From Selaginella moellendorffii (Eukaryota > Plantae > Lycopodiophyta), in assembly GCF_000143415.4 (NCBI RefSeq), contig NW_003314396.1, positions 16,848-37,507 on the forward strand: 20,660 nt of DNA. Reading direction: 5' to 3'. The first letter of the stretch is position 1; each line of letters begins with the position of its first letter. The notes under the pieces are model-generated. The model was not told the DNA's origin. It saw only the letters and a program-made list of their open reading frames with translations, and made no database searches. Of the stretch, positions 1 to 10,000 are shown in pieces. The translations under genes and the position numbers were made by a program.

Positions 1-151
1 TTGACAAAAAACTTAGAATAAAAAGGAAATTTTATAGAAATAAGAATTTAAAATATTCAAAAGAGTGGTCTGAATGAACTTCTTATGAAAAGAGATATAA
101 GTTTAAAAGTAGTAGAATAACTCCTAATTAAATATCTAAATTGTTAGAAAT

Positions 152-380
152 TGTTATGATCCAACACAGAAAGACAAAAATCTAGTCTTCCTAGACTACA
201 CCTCTTTTTGAGGTTCTTCACCACCCAACCACCTCCAAGCTACCTCAAAAGCTCTATTGCACTGCCATTCCATTGTGAGCCCTAGGGTAAGTTAAATCCC
301 TTACCCTAACATGCCTTCATATACCCTTGAGCCTCCCTTTTAACTGACATTGACCATGTGGTCAAAGCTAGTGCCTAACA
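152..380 (-). repeat. 3' LTR of element 1 (~229 bp)
   Basis: Plus strand reads TGTTA(152)...TAACA(380) as inverted termini, directly next to the PPT. An alternative left end is TGTTAG at 142. There is no partner LTR in the window to confirm it. Confidence 0.7.
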
Positions 381-392
381 ATTCTTCCCCCC
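381..392 (-). promoter_or_regulatory. Polypurine tract of element 1
   Basis: The reverse complement GGGGGGAAGAAT immediately precedes TGTTAGG on the minus strand. Confidence 0.85.
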
Positions 393-453
393 AATAAAGT
401 CTTTGTTTTAAGGACAAGTTGTGCCACTAATCACTCTTTCTAGAGAACCCTGA

Positions 454-1402
454 TCAAGCTCTTGATGCATCTTCCACAACTGTATACATCAAGGAGGCAT
501 TGGGCCCGTCACTTTGAGATAGTACACTTTTCAATTGGCTTACATCAAATACCAAATGAATTTTCACCCCAGCTGGCAGCCATACTTGATAAGCCGCTTT
601 ATCATTGCGCTCTAGCACTTCATATGGACCAGCATATAAATGGGAAAGTTTGTCACTCTTCCCTGTCCATAAAGGCACTAAAGTGTTTCATTGCTCACTT
701 GACAGAAAGATCACTCACACGAAGATGAGATCACCCATTTAATATTCTTGGAATTGGCAATGCTCATTAACAAACTTCTCCACTCTATTCTGATCTGCCT
801 GAGAATTCCATTTGCACACCACCAGAATCTCGTCAAATTCTATGGCCAGATCAGTCACCTCATAATCAAACTTATCTTGAATGTCCTTACTCAAATGCAA
901 TCCCAACTCCACCACTATTCGGGGATGCTTTCCAAACATGGAAAAGTAAGGACTTAGCTTGGTTCCACTTTGTTAGTTATTGTTGTAAGCAAATTGCACC
1001 AATAGAAGATATAGATCTCATTGTCCTTCCCTTTGATCAACGCTACAATGTAGTGTATCCTCTACCATCTGATTTACATGCTTGATTTGCTCATCCATCT
1101 GAAGATGATCTCCACTTGAGAGTTTCAAAGTCACTTGCATAGCTGGCACGAAGCTCTTCGAAAATCCATTTGTGAACTTTGAATCTTGATAAATTGCGCT
1201 TAATCAACTCATATGTCTTCTTCCCCCCAAAACAACCAGCCTTTAGAAGATCATAATAGTGGAATAAAACTTGAGTAATTAACATATCCACCCGTGGCAA
1301 ATATACATAGCCATTGTAATAAAGAATCCTATCCACCAATGAGAAAGGGGCTTCTATTGAGTGGATCAATTGACAAAATATGTGCAGTTGTTGGCTCTTC
1401 AA
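454..1402 (-). pseudogene. Gypsy integrase remnant with internal deletion (element 1)
   Basis: Zn-finger N-part ILYYNGYVYLP...AGCFGGKKTYELIKRN; core end DSKFTNGF...HLQMDEQIKHVNQMVED...QFAYNN (HPQTDGQ-like); GPY/F module YAGPYEVLER...IHLVFDVSQLK. Contains stops and frameshifts. Confidence 0.92.
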
Positions 1403-1549
1403 AAATCTGTCATTACCTCATCTGATTGCACAAAGAGGCCACCTCAACATCTTGAGCCTGAGCACGCTCAACTAACTACCCAAACTTGCTGACCATTTTA
1501 CTCAAATAATAACAAAACCGTGTTTGTAATGTTATCACATGACGAACAT

Positions 1550-2075
1550 GAGATAAAGTATTTGCCACCATATTTAATTTTTCTGAATGATGGTCAATCG
1601 GAAACTCCCCAAACTCTATGAGTTTGACCATTCAATGAGCTTACCTAGTGTTCAACTTCTCCTGCGTGAAGAGATACACAAGTGGTTTGTGATCCGTCAA
1701 CACCACAAACACTGCATCATAAAGATAGTGTTGCCACAACTACAAAGCATGAACAATAAAGAGTAACTCTTGCTCATATGTGGAATAATGTTATTTTGCG
1801 GGATTCAAAGTTTGACTCTCATATGCAATAAGCTGTCCCTCTTGCATGAGAACTCCTCTTAGTGCATAACCACTTGCATCGCATGTCACCTCATAAGGTT
1901 TTGATAGATCAACAATGCGAAGCACTGAAGCCTCACTTAACAATCATTTCAGTGCCACAAAACTCTCCTCTTGTGGCTTCTTCCACTCAAATGGCACGTT
2001 CTTACGTAACAACTATGTTAAAGGAATAACCACCTCCATAAACTTATGTTGGAAACGTTGATAGTAACTAGCTAT
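1550..2075 (-). pseudogene. RT connection and RNase H remnant (element 1)
   Basis: Manual translation gives ASYYQRF...VPFEW...DLSKPYEVTCDASGYALRGVLMQ...YSTYEQELL...LTDHKPL...NMVANTLS with several in-frame stops. Confidence 0.93.
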
Positions 2076-2082
2076 ACTATAA

Positions 2083-2889
2083 CTAGCTATAAGAACTATC
2101 CTTCTTTTTCACAAGCAAGACCAGAGCATCAAATGGAGACTTACTTGGCTGAATAAATCTAAACTCAAATAACTCCTTGATTTGTTGTTGAACTTCTTGC
2201 TCCTTCGCATAATTTAACCGAAATGGATGCCAGTAAATTGGCTGCGTCCCCGGCTCCAATGTAATCCCATGCTCCACACCTCATAATGGAGGTAACTCAT
2301 GAGGAAGTTCATATAGAAAAACATCAGAAAACTCGTCGAGGACATCCCATACTGTAGCTTCTCCCCCACATGTGCCTTGGTCCCTCAAGTCATGAACAAA
2401 CAATAAGTAACTTGAAAGTGCTTTTCCATTACGATAAGCCCACTTCAAAGATGTAGCGAAGAGCATAACAATTGAAGGTTGAACTCCCTCTCCAAACCAT
2501 ACATTTTTAATGCTACCATACTCTAGCGAAATAAGCTTAATACTCCACTTTATCTCCAAATCCACCTTTACCAACCATAGCATCCCAAGAATGAGATCTA
2601 TACGATGGATATTTGCAAAATAAAAAAACTCCACAAGTGTGGTTTTGCCAACCAACACTTCCAGCTTCTCTACATAAGCATCGAAATGTTGAGTAGAGGT
2701 AGCTTCACCTTCCATTGTGTATGGAAAAACTCCTTGTATGACTAGGCCATGCTTCACAATAAACTTTGCCAAAACAAAGTTGTCATCACTCCCACTATCC
2801 AGTAAAATCCACATTGGATTGCCACGGAACACACCTTCCAGCATTAAAGTTGATTCACGAGTATCCTTAAGCTCCATCTTGTTCCACAC
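2083..2889 (-). pseudogene. Aspartic protease and RT N-terminus (element 1)
   Basis: ILLDSGSDDNF and DLILGMLWL (retropepsin), then EFSDVF..ELP..LPP and EHGITLEPGTQPI...PSKSPF...LVKKKDSS (RT start). Confidence 0.93.
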
Positions 2890-3019
2890 ACAATTGAGTT
2901 TACGAGTAATGATTAAAAGCCTCTTCCTTTGACTGGAATGGTTGTCCCCATCATCCTCACGCTACAAAGTTTACAACTTTTTAGTATCTAACTTACTGTT
3001 AATAGAAGATTGGCCATTC

Positions 3020-3103
3020 TTTAAAATCTATTGGCTACAGAAAATCTTGTAAAAACATTGTTACAATTTCTTACAAGATTGTCTCTAGCCAATAGATTTT
3101 AAA
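3020..3103. repeat. Imperfect ~84-bp palindrome (hairpin)
   Basis: TTTAAAATCTATTGGCTACAGAAAATCTTGTAAAAACATTGT pairs with ACAATTTCTTACAAGATTGTCTCTAGCCAATAGATTTTAAA, with few mismatches and a ~1-nt loop. Confidence 0.85.
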
Positions 3104-3207
3104 TCATATATAGATAAAATTCTAGAAACTTTTAAATAAAATATAGAATTACTATTAAATTATTAAATACAGCCATTATCTAAAGGAGAATATGATTATA
3201 AAAAAAC

Positions 3208-3383
3208 TGTGAGGTCCAAGTGAATGACTACAATACTATAAACTAAAATTAGCATAGTGGGATTTTAGTAGCTGGTGGATTAGTTTCAATCCGGACCACT
3301 CACTCCTATATATAAATTAAAGTTTTTAGGCTAATTGATATGCATATTTTCTGTATTCCTTTTCCATATTCCATGCACTCACA
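3208..3383 (+). repeat. 5' LTR of element 2
   Basis: Ungapped alignment with 12196-12371 gives about 32 differences in 176 bp by hand count (~82% identity). 6-bp inverted termini; TATA-like CTATATATAA near 3306. Confidence 0.95.
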
Positions 3384-3384
3384 T

Positions 3385-3400
3385 TGGTGGAGGTGAGGGG
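3385..3400 (+). promoter_or_regulatory. Primer-binding site, tRNA-Ala-like
   Basis: TGGTGGAGGTGAGGGG, 1 nt after the LTR, matches 14/16 to TGGTGGAGATGCGGGG, the complement of the plant cytosolic tRNA-Ala 3' end (recalled, not searched). Confidence 0.75.
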
Positions 3401-3595
3401 CAACTTCAATTGTTCTTGAGGAGTGCTTAGATTTGGGATTTTAGTTTAGATCTAATTTTTGCATCGTTTAGATCTAACTTTTTCTATTTCCTTTCTTTTA
3501 TTCTTTCCTTTCAAGATTTTGGTTTAGATCTGGCTTTTTATATTGTCTAGATCTCCCTTTCCTTCTCTTTTGCACTTTCCTTTTCGTTCATCTTT

Positions 3596-4519
3596 ATGGC
3601 AGATCAGCAATCTCTTCCTCCTTTAAGTCTAGAGCAGCAGTTGGTACAATTGCTTAATACTATGCAATTGTAATTGAACAACCAAACTCAGTTGATAGTG
3701 GCATTTACGGCATGTGGTACAACTCCTACTCTTGGTGCCAATCCTCACATTCAGCCGGAGTTCTTTCGTGGGAATCTTGGGGATGAGATGTACCATTGGT
3801 TTGATCACTTCATGATGATTGCCACATATCATTCTTGGGATGATGCTCAACATTTGCATGAGCTTCCCATGTGTCTCCAAGGGACAGCATTGCAATGGTA
3901 CAATGGTTTGAATGTAGCCACTCATGGGGATTAGAGTGTTCTCCCAGACATCTTCAAACACACTTTTAAACATGCCGACGATTGTGATAATGCCTTCCAA
4001 CAACTGCATCATCTCTGTTAAAGGCCATTTGAGTCAGTGATGCAATTTAGCATTCACTTCTAATGCCTCTTGCTTTGTGCAGAGCCAAATATGTCGGAGC
4101 GGATCAAGCTAAAATGTTGTGGCCAGCACTTTGTCAAGATCTTGTCAGACTTATGCATGCACTTGCTCCCACCACCCTTGACAATGTTCTTTGCTTGCTA
4201 TGAGACTTTGCCTCTTCCACTCCTTGTTGCATGTCTTTCAGCTCCACTTCCTATGGGTGATGGTCCTATTTCAATGGAGGTTGGTGCTGCTGCTGCTCGA
4301 GTCCAAAGAGAAAGGCGAGGTTGTGGTTGTGGCCATGATGTTCATTGTTGGGCATGTGATGAAGTTGGTCACACTTATTGGCATTGTCGGTGTTTTCCAG
4401 ATTGGTGGCCACCATTTCTTGGGTGGAGACCTTGGCATCAACAACGTCTTGTTGGTGCTGCTACAGTGGAAGGTCTGGACACCAAGATGCATCTGGGAAA
4501 TGAGGAGTCGCACAAGTAA
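3596..4519 (+). pseudogene. gag of element 2 (single frame, premature stops)
   Basis: ATG at 3596 is in frame with ORFs 3674 and 4070. Capsid-like PEFFRGNLGDEMYHWFDHF...LQGTALQWY, GPISMEVG motif, and zinc knuckle CWACDEVGHTYWHC (CX2CX4HX4C). Confidence 0.9.
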
Positions 4520-4601
4520 TGGAGGGACCTTGTGCAAATAAGTCAGTCCATCTTTCTTTCAGGAGTATTATCAAGGGGTTCACTCGACACCAATTCATCT
4601 A

Positions 4602-6760
4602 GTGTTTACTTTCCAAGCTCATTTTTATAACCAAAGGTCTCCTGCTGTGTTGGTTGATACAAATTTAAGTTTATCTTTTATTGCTCAACCTGTTGCCACA
4701 CATTGTTGTCTATACTTGCATCATGCAGCAGAGTCAGTTTTCATTCTTTATGGCAATGGCCGTACACACACATGTGCACGGGATGAGGTAGACTTGGTTG
4801 TGCGTGTGAGCGATCTTGAGCTTGGGTGCGGGTGGTGAGGAGTCAAGCTTTTGACTTTATCCTTGATATGGATTGGTTGCAGCTCAATCATGCCAAGTAT
4901 GACTTTGAGGCTTCTTCCCCTTGTTTCATACTTCCTTATATTTCATCCATTCCTCTCACTTCCGTACCTCTTCATCCCTCTACTTGTACCTCTACTTCCA
5001 TTACTTTTGTCCCCCCATTACTTCTTCCTATGTTTCTGTCTTGTTCTACTCTTCCCTTTCTTGATCCCTCTGATAATCTTTATGTTGCAGTAGTTGACCG
5101 GCTTATAAAGGAGTATACCGATCTCTTTGAATTTGACCTATTGTCTAGGGTCAAGATTGTCAAATATCATCCAATTCCAACTGGGGATGCTTGTCCAATC
5201 AAGGTTCCTGTTCGTCACCCAAAGTGATCAAAATTTAACATGAAAACATTAAGGAAATGTTGGAGAAGGGTGTTATTTGGAAGTTGCAGAGTCCTTGGGC
5301 ATGTGAACCTCATCTTATGCTGAAGTTTGATGGGAGTATTTATTTTTGTATTGACTATCGTCTGTTAAACAAAGTGACGATCCCAAATGTATACCCTCTT
5401 CCTCACACTACTGATCTCTTGGACGTATAGGGCAAAATTGTTGATTCACCAAGCTAGATCTTGCTTCTGGATACTGGCAAGTACTAATGGCTAAAAAAGA
5501 TATTCTTAAAGCTGCTTTTCATACACTATTTGGTTTGTATGACTCCTTGGTGATGCGATTTGGTTTGAACAATGCTCCAACAACTTTTCAGTGGATGATG
5601 CACAAGGTTCTTTATGATATGCTGGAGGTGACTTTTGACTTCATTGATAATGTCTTGATCCACTCGGAAGGGATATGGGAGGAGCACATTCGAGACATTT
5701 GTATAGTGTTGGAACGGCTATAAGATGTTGGTTTAAAGCTGAAGTGGTCGAAGTGCATGTTTGGGTCCAAGGACACGACTTATCTTGGATACCATATTTC
5801 TCATGAGGGTTTACAAGTTGATTTTGACAAACTTGTGGCTGTTCTAAAGTTCCCTACTCCGAAGTATGTGAATGATATGTAGTGCCTCTTGGGCAAGGTG
5901 TAGTATCTCGGTCTTTTTGTGGATCATCTTTCTGATTGCATTACACCGTTGCGAGCGCTGCTGAAGTCATCAACATCATCTTTCATCTAGTCTTCAAATT
6001 ATGAGTGGGTGTTCATGGATCTCAAAGAGTTATTAACAACTCCTTTGGTTTTGGCATATCTTGACTACACTCGACCTTTTATTTTGCACATGGATGCTTC
6101 TGATATTAGTCTTGGAAGTGTATTGATGCTTTTTGCAGTAGGCCCTTTTGAGCGTAGACCGTGATCATCGAGTTTCGGCATCTCCGTAAAGAGCTTCTCA
6201 GATTCCTCCAGATTCCCTACCTAGGCATATGCCGTGATCATAGCGCTCATGGTGAGCCCGAGTGTGCCTGATCAACATCTTTCCATTGTGTATATAAGCC
6301 ATACATTACAACTAGTGAAGGTGAACTACTCCACGACAAAGAACGAGTCAGTCTGGTGTTTTGAGAAACTTTATACATATCTACATAGTTCTCAGACGTT
6401 ACTTAAAGGTGATTATGCTGTCGTTACTTCATTATTGAAGCAAAAGAATTTGGTTGGTAGTACTACTCGGTGGGCTTTAAAGCTTTAGATATATAATTTT
6501 GATGTTGTTCATCACCTAGGGAATTTTATGGCTGATGCTAATGCCCTTTCTCGAGCTCCTCTTTCTTCTCCACTCTCTTCTTATGTTTCTGACAAGTCTG
6601 TTGTTCTAACATCTATGGATTTTCTAGACAAGGATTGTGTACCATTGGCAGTTGTTGTACTTGATGTTCAATATCCATAAGGTGTAAAGCAAGATCTACT
6701 TTCTCTTCATGAGGTTTGCGAGGCTCAAAAGCTTGAGCCATGGATTCAAAGGCTTCGAGA
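4602..6760 (+). pseudogene. pol of element 2: protease, RT, RNase H
   Basis: VLVDT and FDFILDMDWL (PR); FCIDYRLLN, KLDLASGYWQV, MRFGLNNAPTTFQ and FIDNVLI (decayed YxDD) (RT); FILHMDASDISLGSVL, NYSTTKNE, RWALKL and ADANALSR (RH). Many stops and frameshifts. Confidence 0.95.
6130..6250 (-). pseudogene. Captured PPR gene fragment inside the RNase H of element 2
   Basis: The minus strand translates SAMITAYA*VGNLEESEKLFTEMPKLD and then, in a shifted frame, MITVYAQKGLLQKA: two consecutive PPR motifs. It interrupts the host sequence LGSVLM|VSPSVPD. Confidence 0.85.
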
Positions 6761-6828
6761 TGGGTTTCAGAATCCTGGGCAGGTTTGAGAATCCTAGCCA
6801 GTGCAAGACAAAACGAGATGGGAACTCC

Positions 6829-7046
6829 TTACCGGGCTAAGTATGCTTAGCTAATAACACGGAATTCCATCCTTATGCTCGTCTGGTCTAAATACACTCG
6901 AAATGCCCAGTTAACTCTACTAGCACAAAAGGAACTGATAAAGGGTCCAGCAATACCGACCTTCTACCATCGTGGCAGTAAGGAAAGAGTGTCTATATGG
7001 ACTGGCTGACAGGTAACTTTCGATACCTGAAGTCACATTCGTGATA
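6829..7046 (-). repeat. 3' LTR (partial) of element 3
   Basis: About 20 substitutions plus one 3-bp indel versus 11811-12031 (~91% by hand count). The terminus GTGATA is a C>T version of GCGACA. The distal terminus was not found. Confidence 0.9.
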
Positions 7047-7056
7047 CTCTCCCCCA
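7047..7056 (-). promoter_or_regulatory. Polypurine tract of element 3
   Basis: The minus strand reads ...CGAGGACG...AGTGGGGGAGAG directly before the LTR, a layout common in plant gypsy elements. Confidence 0.8.
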
Positions 7057-10000
7057 CTAGGGAAGATCAACGTCCTCGTCGATACATACTCAAGTCTAGA
7101 ATACCGCAAAGGAAACAACTCCAGAAAAAGTTCATGGTATTCACACTATATGAGAAATGCACCGACTTAAATGAGTTAAAAGGCAACCTCTTTGTCTAAT
7201 GCAGATGCGTTACCAGCTTAGACACCTTCCAGCCGTCACTGACAAAAAAATGATCAATGGAGTTACCCACCCTTGCTGCTCTAGGAGTCATCCAGCTAAC
7301 AAAAGTGTGATACGCCCCTGCCCACAAGGACATAGAGAGAGAAGCCAGAGGCCCCAACCCTTATGAGCAAAGAAACCAAACCTGTCGGTATAGTTTAGAT
7401 AGACTACTGTAAACAGGCAGTTAGAGTTGTTTACACAGTCACGCCCTTTTTAACAGAATAAGGAACATCAACAAAGAGGTGGGTTATATGACTAGTCGAC
7501 AGTAGCTACCCCATGACTAAAGATTTCAACATGCACACGAAGTGCCGAAGCCAGTCTGCCTATACTGGCCCAAACTCAAAGATTAATATATGGACTATAT
7601 CAAAGTTAGAGACAATGATATCGGAGAGACATAATTATCAGTGAATAAATCTTAGATTAGAACACAAAAGTATTCTAAGTAAGTTATCATCCGATAAAGT
7701 AGTATTATAGTATAGGAACCACTAAGATCATCATAATTGGTAAACATAGGAATCACCATCTAACAAAATTCAATAACAAGTATATCATCAAGAAAACTCA
7801 ATGAGAAAACTTAACTACCGAAGATTGTAGACAGTATGCTAAATAATTTACAAAAGACAACTCAAAGAACACAAAGTATCCTTAACCAACAAGCACAATG
7901 CTCGTGAATGTATCACCCAAAGGAAATAACATCCTAATCTATCAGAACTAACCCGAGTAACAATCAACAAAACAGAATGAATGCGGGAAGACCAACAAAC
8001 ACTTATTCATGCCAACTATCACACTAGTTAATCTGAATAGATCCCGATCAACAATACCAAGGAACCAGAGTTTCTTAAGTAAGCATCGGCAACATCCTAT
8101 TGATATCTCAAACCCAAAAGAACAATCCAAAGCAAATCACAAAGAACATATGGTATTGCAAAAAGCCATAAGCCATCAAAGAGAACAACTAACCATCATA
8201 AAAGATCATCAATCATCCCATCAATAAAGAGATGCACAATCATTGTCGAAGAAGGAATTCACCATCTCGAAGAATGGCAAATCATTCTATAACAACAATA
8301 ATCAAGCAAAATCTTCGACGAGGATAATCAACTGTCCTAGATGATAGTCAATCATCACCAATGATTGTTAAATGCAAAAATCAATTTCAACATTGAAGCT
8401 AATGAACCAAAATGCCTTCCCCTAACAACTCCGAACAAATAGAACAATGAGCATGAAAACTCAAAGAACTAAAAGCTCAAAAAAGCCTATAGCTAAATCT
8501 CACCTAATAATGATCATGAGTCTTGCATGAACTAACTTCAATGTTGAAGAAGAAATCATGATACAACCCACAATATCCTCCTCAACACATCTATAAGCTA
8601 AACTTCATAATGCCTAACTAATGAAGAGCACATTTGTATCAATCCAAAAGCTAAGCACAATGGAGCTATGCTCAACAAGTGATCATCTAATTGATCCTCC
8701 ATGAATCCATCTATAGCAAGACGTAACTCACATCATAACAAGCGCAAAAAGAATCATCAAATGATCAATATATCCCAACTGAAATCCAATAAGGATCCAA
8801 TCACTTCAATACCAATCACTAACTCTTCCTCTCATAGAGGTCATTATCCACGACTAAATCACTTTTTAAGGAAAAGCTAGAGCTCAATCTCTACTAAGCA
8901 ATCGTATCTAAAACACAACTAACTTAAACTTGCCACTCAGCTTGTTTGAACGTCAATATAGTTGCTTCAATGCCATCAGCACCAGAACAAAGCTAAAAGA
9001 AAGCAAGAGTGAATCACCACCCAAAGCTCTCCAGTAACCAAGCTAACCAAAGTCGAAGATACCTTAGTTAGTATCCGAGACCAATCCTTCAGCAATACTC
9101 AGTTTCAGATAACATATGATCAAGGAGTGATTCACCATATCCATGACTCAATGAAATCCAACACTACGGACTAAATGTAGCCAAATGATATCGATAGAGG
9201 TAGAGTCGACATGCCAACATGAAAAACTCATGTAAGTCTAACAACATGATCCTCCGCAACACCATCCGGTAAAGCAAGCCCATCACTGCTAAATCATCAT
9301 CGAGCAACGCAAGTGTCAATAGTCCTTGACGAAGTCTACAAGTAATCACTAGTCGCAAAGCAACTAACAATCACTCCTCAACTTGCCTTCACAAGACCCA
9401 AACACCAACTCTTGTCATCAAGTTATATACTTGTCCAATATGAATGTGATACCCCAGGTACGAGATAAAAATTTATAGACAAGCACAAACTAAATAACCA
9501 CTTGAATCCAACTCAACCGCAATAAGCTCACTAAAACATTTTGCCACTAGCTTTGAGCATGCCTTGAAGAGGCTAGCTATGCGATCAACACTCAGTCGAA
9601 ACTAAAGTGAAGACCATAAGATGGACTCATATCGGTACACAACCTCCTCATAGACAAAACTATAGTATGGGTCTCAACATCTCAACCTCAAACAACTAAG
9701 TTGGACATCCCCATCTTTAGCCAAGGTGCAGAGCCACCAAGACCAAGTCAAGATCAGTGAGAGCTCACTACTCTCATAAAGTCTAAACAAAATGCAAGGT
9801 GCAACCTGCCACCAAGCACAATACTACAGAAGAAAGGCACAAGGGTCACCTTTCTTAGAAAAGTGCAATGGCCATTTTTCTATACCAACTCTACACTATC
9901 CAACTCAATTGCTTTAGCCCCAAAAGTTAGCTTCCATTTTGGGTCGCATCATACAAACTATCTACTAAGGTTTAAGCCAACCGAAGTCAACTCCAACCTC

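Larger units (their letters stand above)
152..2965 (-). mobile_element. Element 1: degenerate, 5'-truncated Ty3/gypsy LTR retrotransposon (chromovirus-like); PR, partial RT, RH, partial INT, PPT, 3' LTR
   Basis: The minus strand shows the gypsy domain order protease, RT, RNase H, integrase, then a PPT and a TG...CA-bounded LTR. No gag or 5' LTR is seen; similarity is lost in AT-rich DNA near 2965 (approximate). Confidence 0.92.

Noticed and set aside
283-308. TAGGGTAAG/CTTACCCTA stem inside the LTR of element 1
   Set aside because: A real 9-bp stem, but such stems are common in LTRs and no function can be supported.
400-500. Chromodomain at the end of element 1's integrase
   Set aside because: Only VEDAS resembles the EDATWE motif, which is too little to call.
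4494-4501. GGGAAAT as a decayed GGGAAAC -1 frameshift site between gag and pol
   Set aside because: The protease frame here is +1 relative to gag and the region has indels, so the mechanism cannot be inferred from this copy.
462-5093. Antisense or alternative-frame ORFs over gag and pol (for example 462-728, 748-957, 3629-4012, 4191-4541, 4851-5093)
   Set aside because: Shadows of the retrotransposon reading frames.
6149-6249. TGAGCG...CGCTCA as a tiny solo LTR
   Set aside because: No TSD, the insert extends beyond these ends, and PPR coding explains the sequence and its CCGTGATCAT repeat.
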